Made by a program: the position numbers and the translations under genes. Below are positions 8,502 through 19,073 of a DNA stretch of 64,000 nucleotides, in pieces (position 1 is the stretch's first letter; each line of letters starts with the position of its first letter). The notes under the pieces were generated by a model. It was not told where the DNA came from, did no database searches, and saw only the letters and a list, made by a program, of their open reading frames with translations. The stretch spans positions 320,001 through 384,000 of the forward strand of contig CAVPOM010000004.1 in assembly GCA_963707025.1 (NCBI GenBank), given 5' to 3'. The DNA comes from an uncultured Verrucomicrobiae bacterium (GTDB taxonomy: Bacteria > Verrucomicrobiota > Verrucomicrobiia > Limisphaerales > Palsa-1400).

Positions 8502-11123
8502 TCAAGGCCTGGCCGTGGGCGCGGGCTTGGCGGTGGAGCGCGGGGCGGGTTTGGCTTCGAGTTTGCTTTTCAGGGTGTCGAGGTCTTTGCGCAGTTGGCG
8601 GATTTCTTTCTGCGCGTCCAGAACGGTGTCGCGCAGTTCCCTCAAATTGTCCACGGGGCGGCGCGCGGCGCGGATGGCCTGCATGGCGGCGGCGGCGGTC
8701 TGCTCTTCGTGGGTTTGCTTGCCGGCCTCGGCAAAGGTTTGCAGAACGGGCAGGGCCCGGGGGTCTCCCAGGACGCCCAAAGCCCAGATCGCGCCCAGGC
8801 GGATCACGCTGTTTTTATCGTTGACGTAGCCGGACAGGAATTGGCGGACGGGTTCCTTCTTTTCCTCATCGCGGGCCAGAAAGGCCACGGTGTCCAGGCC
8901 GCTGGTGAAGCCGAGGCTGGTAAAGTCGTCGCGGCGCTGTTCGAGGGTCTGGCGGATGGGGGCCAGGTACGAAATGTCGTCCTGGACGCGCATGGCGGCG
9001 ATGGCGGCGTCGGCCAGGCTGTTGCGATAGGAATGGGATTGGAGGAGGGGCAGCAGCCGGTCGCGCACTTCGGGTTGGGCGTAGTTGGCCAGTCCTCGGA
9101 TGTCCTGCGCCTGAATGGCCGGATTTTTTTCAGCGGCGAGCGACTTGATTTCAGCCTGGCAGGCGGCGGGATTGTAAAAGGCGGCCAGGGCGGCGATGAC
9201 GGCGTTGCGCACGCGGGCGTCGTTTTGCTCCCGGGAGGCGAGGAGGTCGTCGAGGCTTTCGTCGGAGTGGATGGCGGCCAGGGCGGAGGCGGCTTCGACC
9301 CGGACGCCGTAAAAGGCATCGTGGTTGAGGGTGTTTTTCAATTGGGCCGCGCTGGCGTGGTCCTTTTTGTCCCGGAGCGCGGCCACGGCCAGGAGGCGGC
9401 CCACCACGTCGTCCTTGTCGGCGAGCTGGGCCTGGAGCATGGGGGCGGGCAGCTCAATACTAATCTTTGCCAGGACTTCCAGGCGCGGGTCCAGCCGCAC
9501 GGCGGCGGGGGCTTCGGGCAGGGAAAAATAAAAGTCTTCGGACGGCTCCTTCACCGTGATGGTTTTTTCCACGCGGCCGGACGGGCCGTCGAAGCGCACG
9601 GTCAAGGGAAAGTTGAAAAGCAAAACGTCGTCGCTCAGGGCCTGTTTCTGCTGGAGGGAAATTTTGGCCAGCCGGGTTTTTTCGTCCCAGGAATAAGCGG
9701 CGGCCAATTCTGGATAGTGGGCGTGATAGACCCATTGATCGAAGAACTGATCGTAGGAACGGCCGGAAAGTTCCTCGATCACGGCGGACAAATCGGCGGT
9801 GACCACGTTGCCGTACTGGTGGCGTTCCAGGTAGGTCTGGATGCAGCGGCGATAGAGGTCCTCGCCCAGTTGCGCGCGCAGCATGCGCAGGACAAAGCTC
9901 CCCTTCTGATAGGGGAGGATGCCGAAGATGTCGTCGGGATGATCGAAGGTGCGGTTGACAATGGCGCCGGTGTCGTTGCTGATGCTGAAGAGGCGCCGGG
10001 CGGTGGTGTAAAAGCCGTAGAGCATGGAGTCAGGGCCGTTTTTGTGCCCGTCGTAGAGCAGGGCGTAATAGGTGGCAAAGCCTTCGTTGAGCCAGATGTG
10101 GCTCCAATCCTTGCAGGTGACCAGATCGCCAAACCATTGATGGGCCATTTCGTGGGCGACCAATCCCTGGCTGCTGCGCAGGTTTTCCGTGGCGGCCGTG
10201 AACAGGGAGGTTTCGGTCAAGGTGGTCAGGCTGGTGTTTTCCATGCCGCCCTCCATGAAATCCTGCACCATGACCTGGTAGTATTTCACCCAGGGAAAAG
10301 GGACGCCGATGTCGCGCTCATAGAAATCCATGATGTCGCGGGTGTCGCGAAAGGAATTGCCGGCCTCGGTGATGTCGGAGGGCGGCACGTAAAGGGCCAG
10401 GGGAGTATCATTATGCTTGTCTTCCACGCTTTGGAAATAACCGGCGACCAGGGAAACGAGATAGTTGGCGTGGGGCTTTTCCTGCGACCAATGAAAGGCG
10501 GTCAGCCCGGCGGCGTCCTTTTCCTTGGAAACCAGCCGGCCATTGGACAGGACGATCATGCCCTCGGGGACGTGGCAGGTGATTTCGGTGGTGAATTTCT
10601 CGTTGGGCGCATCGGGGCTGGGATACCAATAGCGGTTGTCAATGGCCTCGCCCTGGGTGAAAAGATGTTCGTCGCCCGGTTTATAGCCCATCTCCGGCGT
10701 GCGGAAGTAAAGGCCCTTTTCCGGCTGGGCGCTGTAATGAATGGAGACGCGCGATTCCCGGCCGGCCGGAACGGCGCTGGCAAAAGTAATGAGCAGGCGG
10801 TCGGCCGTCACCTGCCAGCCTTGAATCTTCTCGCTGGACTCGACCGACAGGATGGCCATGTCGGCGGCGTTCAATTCCATTTCCGCCAGCGGCTTGGCGA
10901 TGGGATTAAAGGTGAACGTCACCGCGCCGGCGATGGTGCGCTGTTTGAAGTCCGGCGTCAGGTCCAGGCTCATGTGGACAAAGCCGGCGTTGCGGTCCGG
11001 CGCGTATTGGCGGGTGGAAGGGTGGGCCTCGCCCGGCCCGCCATGCGGGGCGGCCCAATCATCGGCCGCCATGAGGCCGGCCACGAAATAAAACGAGACG
11101 AAGAAAGCGGGCAATTTTTTCAT
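8502..11123 (-). CDS. Secreted M1-family zinc aminopeptidase with C-terminal HEAT-like repeats
   Basis: GGMEN and HEMAH..WLNEGFA; signal peptide MKKLPAFF. Confidence 0.92.
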   Translation of the reverse strand: MKKLPAFFVSFYFVAGLMAADDWAAPHGGPGEAHPSTRQYAPDRNAGFVHMSLDLTPDFKQRTIAGAVTFTFNPIAKPLAEMELNAADMAILSVESSEKIQGWQVTADRLLITFASAVPAGRESRVSIHYSAQPEKGLYFRTPEMGYKPGDEHLFTQGEAIDNRYWYPSPDAPNEKFTTEITCHVPEGMIVLSNGRLVSKEKDAAGLTAFHWSQEKPHANYLVSLVAGYFQSVEDKHNDTPLALYVPPSDITEAGNSFRDTRDIMDFYERDIGVPFPWVKYYQVMVQDFMEGGMENTSLTTLTETSLFTAATENLRSSQGLVAHEMAHQWFGDLVTCKDWSHIWLNEGFATYYALLYDGHKNGPDSMLYGFYTTARRLFSISNDTGAIVNRTFDHPDDIFGILPYQKGSFVLRMLRAQLGEDLYRRCIQTYLERHQYGNVVTADLSAVIEELSGRSYDQFFDQWVYHAHYPELAAAYSWDEKTRLAKISLQQKQALSDDVLLFNFPLTVRFDGPSGRVEKTITVKEPSEDFYFSLPEAPAAVRLDPRLEVLAKISIELPAPMLQAQLADKDDVVGRLLAVAALRDKKDHASAAQLKNTLNHDAFYGVRVEAASALAAIHSDESLDDLLASREQNDARVRNAVIAALAAFYNPAACQAEIKSLAAEKNPAIQAQDIRGLANYAQPEVRDRLLPLLQSHSYRNSLADAAIAAMRVQDDISYLAPIRQTLEQRRDDFTSLGFTSGLDTVAFLARDEEKKEPVRQFLSGYVNDKNSVIRLGAIWALGVLGDPRALPVLQTFAEAGKQTHEEQTAAAAMQAIRAARRPVDNLRELRDTVLDAQKEIRQLRKDLDTLKSKLEAKPAPRSTAKPAPTARP

Positions 11124-11228
11124 AGGATTAAAAGGACTGCGCGATTCTACCGTGCCGGCCCGGCTTGGCAAGGTTGCGCTCGCGGCGCCCTGACTTTCGG
11201 AGGCGCTTTATTTTCACGAGGCATAAAA

Positions 11229-11258
11229 AAACACTTTGATCTGGTTTGATTTGGCTTG
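11229..11258 (-). repeat. 3' half of the 10-bp tandem repeat interrupted by the intron
   Basis: Minus strand reads CAAGCCAAAT CAAACCAGAT CAAAG directly after the intron end. Confidence 0.8.
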
Positions 11259-13216
11259 GTAGAGTAGGCGAAGTGGAAGGAGGCGGATTGAACTGACCGC
11301 AGTTGTCAGTCTCGCGCTGCCACTTCGCCCCTCATCGAACCGAACGGACGGATTTCCCATATTCGGCTCTCCGAACTCATTCATCGGGCCGCCTTCCACT
11401 TCGCCGTGGTCGGCAGTTCATAGAGTCCATAACGCTGGTGCAACTGCTCGGGAACGTAGTGTTCCCACAGGCTGCGGCGGCAACCGTGTTTGCGCCACAG
11501 CCAGCGCCGAAAGCGGTTTTGGCTGTAGTGTTTCATCCGGTTCATCACCGAGACGCTGTTGCCGTAGTGGAAGTAGCCCGCCCATCCGCGCAAGACTTGG
11601 TTGACCTCTTTGACCACCTCCTGTATCGGACGCCCCTGCGTCCAGTGGTTGAGGATGCCGCCCAGTTTCTCGCGCAGGGCCCCCGGCTTTTCTGGCTGGG
11701 TTGAACGTGCAGGTAGCCGCGCCCTCCAAAGGACTTGCGCCAGGTCAGGTTGAAGCCCAGGAAGTTGATCCCTTCCTTGCGAATGTTCACAATTCGGGTT
11801 TTGACTTCGTTGAGGGTCAGCCCTTTGGCTCGAAGCCATTTCTTGAGCCGCGCTATCAGCCCTCCGCCGCACCCCGCCGCGCACGCGATGACAAAGTCAT
11901 CGGCGTAGCGCACCATGCGGGCTTGGCCGGAGGTTTTCTCGTTCACCCCGTGATCCAGCGGGTTGAGGTAGAGGTTGGCCAGCAGCGGCGAGATGACCCC
12001 GCCTTGCGGCGTGCCGCGCCGGTTGGGGATCACTCGCTTGGTGCCGTCCTGGTCTTCCTCCGCGACCGGGGCGCGCAGCCAGCTCTTGAGGAGCCGCAGC
12101 ACGCTGCCGTCGCTGACCCGCCGGGCCACGGCCTTCATCAGTTCCCGGTGCGGAATCGTGTCGAAATATTTCGTCAGGTCCGCGTCGATGATTTCCACGT
12201 AGCCTTGCTGCACTGCTTGTTGGATTTCCGCAATGGCTTGGTGTGCCCGGCGTTTGGGCCGAAAGCCGTAGGAGCGCGGATGAAAGTCCGCCTCCAAGAT
12301 CGGCATCAGCACCAGATACACCGCCGTTTGCACCACCCGGTCCTTGACCGTCGGGATGCCCAACGGCCGTTCCCCTCCGCTGCTCTTGGGAATCATCACC
12401 CGCCGCACCGGGCTGGCCCGATACGTCTTGGCTTTGAGTTCTGCTTGCAGGCGGTCGAGCCATTGCTGGCGCAGGGCCGGGTCGGCGGTGATGGACTCCA
12501 TACTCTGTCCGTCCACTCCCGCGGCCCCGCCGTTGCGCTGTTGCGCTGCCAAGGCGGTTTCGAGCACGTCCTTGCGCAGCAATTCCCCATACAGGCTCCA
12601 GAACCGATACTTCGGCTCTGCTTTGGCTTTCCGATAGAGCGCGATTTGAAGCTGCCGAACTTTCTCCGGGGTTGCTATCCGGGTCGCCCCGGCCATCCCC
12701 GCATCCTTCGCTTCGCCTCCACGCATTGAGCAAGTGTTCCCCCTTTGCGTTCGCTCGCGCAACTCCCGGCGGAAATCCGCCTGGAGCGCAAACAAGTCCA
12801 CGCTACTATGAGGAACTCCGACTTCTCCGGCAGGGCCGCTCGCCTGACTGGTCTTGCCAGCTTGCGCGGGCGGTTGGGCTGGCCGCCCGCCGCCGGAGTT
12901 CTCCCAGCTTACCTTGGTTGAACTTCCAGACGTGCCGTCCACGCCGACCCCGCCGGAGCGTTGAGAAGGCTCTGACTGTTGCCCTGCCTCCTCCCTGCGG
13001 CCTTCGCCGGTCAAACAGCGGCTCGGCTTGTCTCCGGTTCTAAACTTATCGAGGCTCATTGGATGTGGTTCATTTTCATTACGGCCCGTCTGTTCATCTC
13101 CCTCAGCTTCCAACCCCGCCTCGCGGCGGCGCTGTTGAGGTCGTGTTCCGTCGTGAACAGCCTAATTCGACGGGCGGGACTTTCACCCGCGTTCCAACCA
13201 ACTTCACTGGCGCAAC
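11259..13216 (-). mobile_element. Group II intron, copy 1 (1958 bp)
   Basis: Reverse complement of 55642-57600; begins GTTGCG, ends CTACTCTAC; domains V/VI present; removing it restores a perfect 10-bp repeat. Confidence 0.93.
11381..12696 (-). pseudogene. ltrA: Group II intron RT/maturase with a 1-nt deletion (G5 vs G6) at 11680-11684
   Basis: GIPTVKDR, GTPQGG, RYADD; frame shifts at QKSRG relative to copy 2. Confidence 0.85.
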
Positions 13217-13246
13217 ATTTGGCTTGATTTGGCTTGATTTGGTTTG
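13217..13246 (-). repeat. 5' half of the 10-bp tandem repeat (intron target, IBS1 side)
   Basis: Minus strand CAAACCAAAT CAAGCCAAAT CAAGCCAAAT immediately before the intron. Confidence 0.85.
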
Positions 13247-13327
13247 ATGGGTCACGCGGTTGGAAAGGGTGGTTTTGAGGGTGGCGCCTCCGCCACGGCG
13301 GTCAGAGCCGAATAGAAGCGCCGACGT

Positions 13328-13412
13328 TTTGGAGTGTGCCGACAGGCTGGCACCGCCTTGCTTGCCGCAAATCGTTCCCGGCGCAAAAGCGGGAGCAAGC
13401 TCCCGCACTCCA
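13328..13412. repeat. GGAG-type REP-like inverted pair
   Basis: TTTGGAGTGTGCC ... GCGGGAGCAAGCTCCCGCACTCCAT, with an internal palindrome. Confidence 0.55.
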
Positions 13413-13437
13413 TAGCAACCGCCCTCATCACTATGTG

Positions 13438-13465
13438 AGATTAGCATTTAATCCAGTTTTGTCAA
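13438..13465 (-). promoter_or_regulatory. Putative sigma-70 promoter reading toward intron copy 1
   Basis: TTGACA-N16-TAATCT with TG just upstream of the -10, on the minus strand. Confidence 0.45.
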
Positions 13466-13550
13466 GGCCAAATCGTGATTTTTCGCAAAGCGCAGGCCCG
13501 GAGCACACCGGTTGGAAATGCGGCGGAGAGGGTGGCTTGCCCAAGCGTCT

Positions 13551-15398
13551 TTACGCCGCCGCCGGCTTGAAGGCGGTGATGGAATCTACGCGGTAGCGCT
13601 TTTTACCGCCTTGCACGGGCACCTCGACCTCCTGGCCGGGCTTGGTGTTGAGCAGGGCCTGGCCGACGGCGGTGAGGTAGCTGATGACGCCTTTGTCCGG
13701 ATCGGAGTCCCAGGCCCCCAGGATGATGAACTGCTCGGCGTGGTTGTGCTCCAGATCGGTCACGGCCACCATGTCGCCAATGCTGACGACGTCGGTGCGG
13801 GGGTTGGCGAAGTCGCTGCCGCGGGCGCGGACAATCTGGGACTCCAGTTCGCCCTTGCGGCGCATGAGGATTTTTTGCATTTCCTTGGCGGCCTTGAATT
13901 CGTGGTTTTCGCGCAAGTCGCCGTAGCTGCGGGCGATGGCAATTTCCTTGGAGTTGGCCGGGATGGCCTTTTGCACCAGTTCGGCGTACTCATTCTTGCG
14001 CCGCTCCAGGCTTTCCCAGGAAACGACCAGGGCGGTTTCGGCCTTTTCGGACTTGGATTGCTCGCCGGAAATCATGGTTTGCACGGCCGGGTAGCTCTTG
14101 ACAATGCGGGCCAGGAGGGAACGCTTGTCCATGTCGTCGAAACAGGGGGAGAGCTGGAGGGCGCGGGTCAAATCCTTGATGACCTCCAGGTCGGCCGAGC
14201 CGATCAGTTCGACCATCAGGGTGGGATCGTCCAGAATATAATCGCGCAGTTTGTTGGAGCGCTTCTCGTTGAACTGGTCGCGCTCCATGGCGGTGAGCAT
14301 GGCGCGAAAGACTTCGGGGCCGAGGATGTCGGCGAAGGAATCGGAGTGTTGCTTGGCGTCCTTGGCCAGCCAGAGAAGCAGTTGGCTGCCGGCTTGGTGC
14401 TGGCTGATGAGGCGGGCCAGCAGTTCCTTGAACTGCTCCCAGCGGCCGCCGTCAATCAAGGCGTGGGCCACTTCCCCCGCCAGCTTGGCCGAAACATGGT
14501 TCAGCGCGCCGAGCAGGGCCTCGGGCCATTTTTCTGTCAACGATTTTTTGAACGAGTCCAGGGCGTGGCGGTGCTTGCCCGCCGGGATCAGTTCCAGCAG
14601 TGGGCCGATGCGGGGGGATTCCTGCACCCAGATGGCCAGGGCGCTGATTTCCCCTTCGCCGGGCGGCAGCCCCACAGCGGCGCGGATTTCATCGCGGATG
14701 AAAATGGCTTCCAGGGCGACGGCGGGCTGGGTGCGCTGATGGGTGGCAATTTCGGTGTTCAAGGCGAGAATGACTTCCCCGGCCGCCGCGGCGCGGTCGG
14801 CCAAATCGGCCAGATTGCGCAGGATTTCATGGGCGACATTCAGGCGCGCTTTCAAGCCTTTGGCGGCGTGGAAATCGGCCAGGAGGCGGCTTTGCAGGGA
14901 GACTTCCTTGAGCTGGTAAATGATCGGCTCGGTTTTCTTGAGGGGCACCTGGAAATGGCCGTCCTTCTTGAGTTCGCGTTTGGCCGCTTCCCACCATTTT
15001 TTCCAATCGTCCTTGATGACATCCGGGACCAGGACCTGCTGGATTTGGTCCACGGTGGCGCGGTCGCCGAAGCTGCGCAGGACCAGCTTGATCAGATCCA
15101 CATGATTCAAGGCCGCCATTTCCCGGAGGGCACCCATTTCGGAAACCTTGCGGGCGTAAATGTGGTCCTTGCCAATGGGTTTGAGGGTCTCGGCGGCGAA
15201 GGCCATGTCCATGGTGTGGCCGGGCTTGGACTGGAAATCAATGGCCAGGCGGGCAAAAACCCAGTCCGTGGCGGTGATTTTGCCAAAACCCCAACTGCGA
15301 TGATAACAAAAGCCGCCCTCGGTCAGCAGAACCAGGGGCTCGATGTGCTGGCGGCTGATCTTGCCGGCGGCGAGCAGTTTTTCAATTTCTTCTTTCAT
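13551..15398 (-). CDS. greA: Long-form GreA/GreB transcription elongation factor
   Basis: C-terminal IAIARSYGDLRENHEFKAAKE and ISYLTAVGQALL; about 450-aa N-terminal extension. Confidence 0.85.
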   Translation of the reverse strand: MKEEIEKLLAAGKISRQHIEPLVLLTEGGFCYHRSWGFGKITATDWVFARLAIDFQSKPGHTMDMAFAAETLKPIGKDHIYARKVSEMGALREMAALNHVDLIKLVLRSFGDRATVDQIQQVLVPDVIKDDWKKWWEAAKRELKKDGHFQVPLKKTEPIIYQLKEVSLQSRLLADFHAAKGLKARLNVAHEILRNLADLADRAAAAGEVILALNTEIATHQRTQPAVALEAIFIRDEIRAAVGLPPGEGEISALAIWVQESPRIGPLLELIPAGKHRHALDSFKKSLTEKWPEALLGALNHVSAKLAGEVAHALIDGGRWEQFKELLARLISQHQAGSQLLLWLAKDAKQHSDSFADILGPEVFRAMLTAMERDQFNEKRSNKLRDYILDDPTLMVELIGSADLEVIKDLTRALQLSPCFDDMDKRSLLARIVKSYPAVQTMISGEQSKSEKAETALVVSWESLERRKNEYAELVQKAIPANSKEIAIARSYGDLRENHEFKAAKEMQKILMRRKGELESQIVRARGSDFANPRTDVVSIGDMVAVTDLEHNHAEQFIILGAWDSDPDKGVISYLTAVGQALLNTKPGQEVEVPVQGGKKRYRVDSITAFKPAAA

Positions 15399-15440
15399 TG
15401 CTAATTCCAACAGTCCATAAACCTGCCTCATTATTAGGTT

Positions 15441-16730
15441 GTGACGCCGGAAAGTCCAAGAGAAATTGCCGCCCGTGTTTTGCGCCGCCGCTGGCACAGC
15501 CCGGACTATGTGGAAACGCTGCTGGAACAGGAACTGGCCCGCGCCGCCCTGTCCAGGCTGGACCGGTCGCTGTGCCAGGAACTGGTTTATGGCATCGTGC
15601 GGTGGGAGAGGACGCTGGACTGGCTGATCGCGCGCAAAACCACCGAGCGGGCGCAGGCGGAGGGCGTGCAAGTCTGGCTGCGGCTGGGGCTTTATCAAAT
15701 CTTCTGGCTGCAACGCATCCCGGCCCATGCGGCGGTGCATGAGACGGTGGAGATGGCCAAGCGGACGGGTGGCGGCGCGCAGGCGGGCTTTTTGAACGCG
15801 GTGTTGCGGGGCTGTTTGCGCGAGCGGGAGGCGCTGGCCGGCCAACTGCAAGCCCTGAAAAAAGAGGACCCGGCCACCGGTTATTCACATCCGGCCTGGC
15901 TGGTGCAGCGCTGGCAGGCGCGCTGGGGGCCGGAGAAAACCGCGCAATTGCTGGAGTGGAACAATGCGCCGCCGCCGACCTTCGCGCGGCTGAATCTTTT
16001 GAAAACCGATGCCGCCACGCTGACCGCAGGCTGGCAGGCGCAAGGCATCGGGTTCGCCGCGCGCCAGTGGGATTGGACCGGAGAAAACCTGGTGTTCGAC
16101 TTGCAATCGCATCCGAGCCTGGCGGAGTGGGATGATTTTCAGCGGGGCTTTTTTTATGTGCAGGATCCCAGCACGCTTCTGGCGGTGCACGATTTGAATC
16201 CGCAGCCGGGGGAAAACATCCTCGATCTGTGCGCCGCGCCGGGCGGGAAAACGACCTTCCTGGCCCAGCGCATGGACAATCGCGGGCATATCCTGGCGCA
16301 GGACCCCCAGCCGCAACGCCTGCGGCGCCTGCGGGAGAATTGCGCCCGCCTGGGGGTGGCTTGCGTGGAAACCACCGCAGCCGGCGTGGCGGCGGCGGCC
16401 CCGTTCGACCGGATTTTGCTGGATGCGCCCTGCTCCAACAGCGGCGTGTTGCGGCGGCGGGTGGATCTGCGCTGGAGAATCCGGGAGGAGGAACTGGCGC
16501 GGCTGGGCCGGGAGCAGGGGGCGCTGCTGCGGCAGGCCGCCGCCCAACTCAAGCCGGGGGGCCGGCTGGTCTATAGCACTTGCAGCCTGGAATCGGAGGA
16601 AAACGAAAACGTGATGGGGGAATTTCTCGCCGAAAACGGTGAATTCACGCTGGAAAGCCAGCGGCAACTGCTGCCCTTTGCGGATGGCGTGGACGGCGCT
16701 TACGTGGCCGCCCTGCGCCGGCGCGCCTGA
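15441..16730 (+). CDS. rsmB: 16S rRNA m5C967 methyltransferase (NusB-like + Sun domains)
   Basis: DLCAAPGGKT, LLDAPCS, VYSTCS. Confidence 0.92.
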   Translation: MTPESPREIAARVLRRRWHSPDYVETLLEQELARAALSRLDRSLCQELVYGIVRWERTLDWLIARKTTERAQAEGVQVWLRLGLYQIFWLQRIPAHAAVHETVEMAKRTGGGAQAGFLNAVLRGCLREREALAGQLQALKKEDPATGYSHPAWLVQRWQARWGPEKTAQLLEWNNAPPPTFARLNLLKTDAATLTAGWQAQGIGFAARQWDWTGENLVFDLQSHPSLAEWDDFQRGFFYVQDPSTLLAVHDLNPQPGENILDLCAAPGGKTTFLAQRMDNRGHILAQDPQPQRLRRLRENCARLGVACVETTAAGVAAAAPFDRILLDAPCSNSGVLRRRVDLRWRIREEELARLGREQGALLRQAAAQLKPGGRLVYSTCSLESEENENVMGEFLAENGEFTLESQRQLLPFADGVDGAYVAALRRRA

Positions 16731-16785
16731 TTTCATCGCAAATCAGTTGACTCCACGGCAGCTTGTGCAAAATTGAGCCGCGTTT

Positions 16786-18378
16786 ATGGCAAAGATTCAA
16801 CGCGCGCTCCTTTCCGTGTTCGACAAAACCGGGCTGATCCCCCTGGCCCAGGCGCTGGCCGCCGCGGGCATCGAGCTGATTTCCACCGGCGGCACGGCCA
16901 AGGCCCTGCGCGAGCAGGGCATCATGGTCAGCGATTTGAGCGCCTACACGGAGTTTCCCGAAATGATGGATGGCCGGGTCAAAACCCTGCATCCGCGCAT
17001 CCACGGGGGACTGCTCTACCTGCGGGGCAATCCGGGGCACGAAGCCGCCGCGCGCAAGCACGACATCAAACCGATTGACCTGGTGGTGGTGAACCTTTAT
17101 CCGTTCGAACAAACGGTGGCCCGGCCCGACGCGACCCTGGCCGAAGCGATGGAAAACATTGACATCGGCGGGCCGTCCATGTTGCGCAGCGCGGCCAAAA
17201 ACCACGAGAGCGTGACGGTGGTGATGGACCCGGCCGATTACGCCGAGGTGGCCGGGCAAATCAGCGCCGCCGGCAACACCACCCCGGAATTGCGCCAGCG
17301 TCTGGCCGTGCGCGCCTTTGCCCGCACCTCCGCCTACGACGGGCAGATCGCGGCGTTCCTGGGCAGGACCTTTGGCGTGGCGGCGGAGCCGGCCGGGGCG
17401 CTGGACGAAGCGGCCCCGCCGGCGGGGGGGCCGTGGCCGGCCCGCCTGCGCCTGGACCTGCCGCGGGCGCAGGGCTTGCGCTACGGGGAAAACCCGCACC
17501 AGCGGGCCGCGCTCTACGGGCGGTTTGGGGAATTTTTTGAGCAATTGCAGGGCAAGGAATTGTCCTACAACAATATACTTGACTTAACGGCGGCGGCGGG
17601 GCTGGCGGAGGAATTCGCCGGGGAGGCGCCGGCGCTGGTGATCCTCAAGCACACCAATCCTTGCGGAGCAGGGCAGGGGACCACCTTGCGCGAGGCCTGG
17701 GAGAAGGCGTTTGCCACGGACCGGCAGGCGCCCTTCGGCGGCGTCATCGCGGTGAACCAGGCGCTGGATTTGCCCTGCGCCGAGGCCATCGCGGAAATTT
17801 TCAGCGAGGTCATTGTCGCCCCGGATTTTGCCCCCGAGGCGCTGGAGTTGTTGCGGAAAAAGAAGAATCTGCGTTTGCTCCGGGTGCGGCAATGGCCGGG
17901 GGCGGGCCGCGCCTGGGAATTGCGCGGGGTGGGCGGGGATTCGGTGCTGGCGCAGGAATGCGACCGGCCTGGGGCGGCGGGCGAAGAGCTCAAGATCGTG
18001 ACGCGGCGGCAGCCCTCGGCGGAGGAGCGGCAGGCGATGCGGTTTGGCTGGCGGTTGGCCAAGCATGTCAAGTCCAACGCCATTGTCTATGCCGGGCCGG
18101 ACCGGACCCTGGGCGTCGGGGCCGGGCAGATGAGCCGGGTGGATGCCAGCCGGCTGGCGGTGTGGAAGGCCAAGGAGGCCGGTCTTTCCCTGGCGGGCAG
18201 CGCGGTGTGCAGCGACGCCTTTTTCCCCTTTGCCGACGGACTGGTGGCCGCGGCCGAAGCGGGCGCGACCGCCGCCATTCAGCCCGGCGGCTCGGTGCGC
18301 GACGCCGAAGTGATCGCGGCGGCGGATGAGCGGAACCTGGCCATGGCCTTTACCGGCGTGCGCCATTTCCGGCATTGA
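16786..18378 (+). CDS. purH: Bifunctional AICAR transformylase / IMP cyclohydrolase
   Basis: [46 protein letters not shown]. Confidence 0.97.
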   Translation: MAKIQRALLSVFDKTGLIPLAQALAAAGIELISTGGTAKALREQGIMVSDLSAYTEFPEMMDGRVKTLHPRIHGGLLYLRGNPGHEAAARKHDIKPIDLVVVNLYPFEQTVARPDATLAEAMENIDIGGPSMLRSAAKNHESVTVVMDPADYAEVAGQISAAGNTTPELRQRLAVRAFARTSAYDGQIAAFLGRTFGVAAEPAGALDEAAPPAGGPWPARLRLDLPRAQGLRYGENPHQRAALYGRFGEFFEQLQGKELSYNNILDLTAAAGLAEEFAGEAPALVILKHTNPCGAGQGTTLREAWEKAFATDRQAPFGGVIAVNQALDLPCAEAIAEIFSEVIVAPDFAPEALELLRKKKNLRLLRVRQWPGAGRAWELRGVGGDSVLAQECDRPGAAGEELKIVTRRQPSAEERQAMRFGWRLAKHVKSNAIVYAGPDRTLGVGAGQMSRVDASRLAVWKAKEAGLSLAGSAVCSDAFFPFADGLVAAAEAGATAAIQPGGSVRDAEVIAAADERNLAMAFTGVRHFRH

Positions 18379-18382
18379 AGAA

Positions 18383-18568
18383 TTACCGGACTTGTTGATT
18401 GGAGATGACCTCCGAAGGTGGCGGCTCCAGATATAAGTCAATGGCTTCCCGAACATTCTTGAGCGCCTCTTCGCGCGTCTTCCCTTGGGACCAGCAGCTT
18501 TTCAACGATGGACAATGCGCCACAAAGCAGCCATCCTCTCCCCGCTCAATGACAACCTTCATATTCAT
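18383..18568 (-). CDS. HicB-family antitoxin (no adjacent hicA seen)
   Basis: VVIERGEDG.FVAHCPSLKSCWSQGKTREEALKNVREAI. Confidence 0.85.
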   Translation of the reverse strand: MNMKVVIERGEDGCFVAHCPSLKSCWSQGKTREEALKNVREAIDLYLEPPPSEVISNQQVR

Positions 18569-18639
18569 GGCACGAATCTCGCGCCGCCAATCCAGATTAT
18601 CCAGCATTTAAGAGTAGTCAGGGCCGCAGCCGGAGCGCG

Positions 18640-19026
18640 TCAGCGTATGAGGCGGTAGATGAGGACGACCTGACTGAGGCAGAGAAGAGCCAAGGCGGCC
18701 CAAGTGAGCCATTCGCACGGGCGCAGGCTGGATTGGCGGACCGGAGAGAGGGCGAATTGAATTTTGAGGGCGCCGATGGAAATGACATCGCCATTGCGCA
18801 GGACGGCCCGGTCAACTTGGACGCCGTTGACGGAGAGCAGGGCGTTGGGCTCGGCCTGGCAAACCAAATCCCGCCCCTGGCGCGTGATCTGGAAGTGGCG
18901 GGGCCAGACTCCCGGCTCTTCCAGGGACAGGTCCCCATCGGCCGCGCGGCCGACCAGCACGGGCAGGCGGGCGGCGGTGAATTGTCCGCCCGCTTTCTTC
19001 CCCGAGAGAATTTGGAGTTGGACCAT
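18640..19026 (-). CDS. FHA domain protein with C-terminal TM helix
   Basis: VGR..D.SL...V...H and VNG..LRNGDVISIG. Confidence 0.8.
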   Translation of the reverse strand: MVQLQILSGKKAGGQFTAARLPVLVGRAADGDLSLEEPGVWPRHFQITRQGRDLVCQAEPNALLSVNGVQVDRAVLRNGDVISIGALKIQFALSPVRQSSLRPCEWLTWAALALLCLSQVVLIYRLIR

Positions 19027-19073
19027 GGCAACCACCGCCGAGGGGTTGATGGCGTTGAGCCGGGTGCCGGCGG

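Noticed and set aside
8154..11249. 1031-aa plus-strand ORF and similar long antisense ORFs (602..3223, 24418..26562, 61642..63879)
   Set aside because: Shadow frames of well-supported genes in high-GC DNA, with no motifs.
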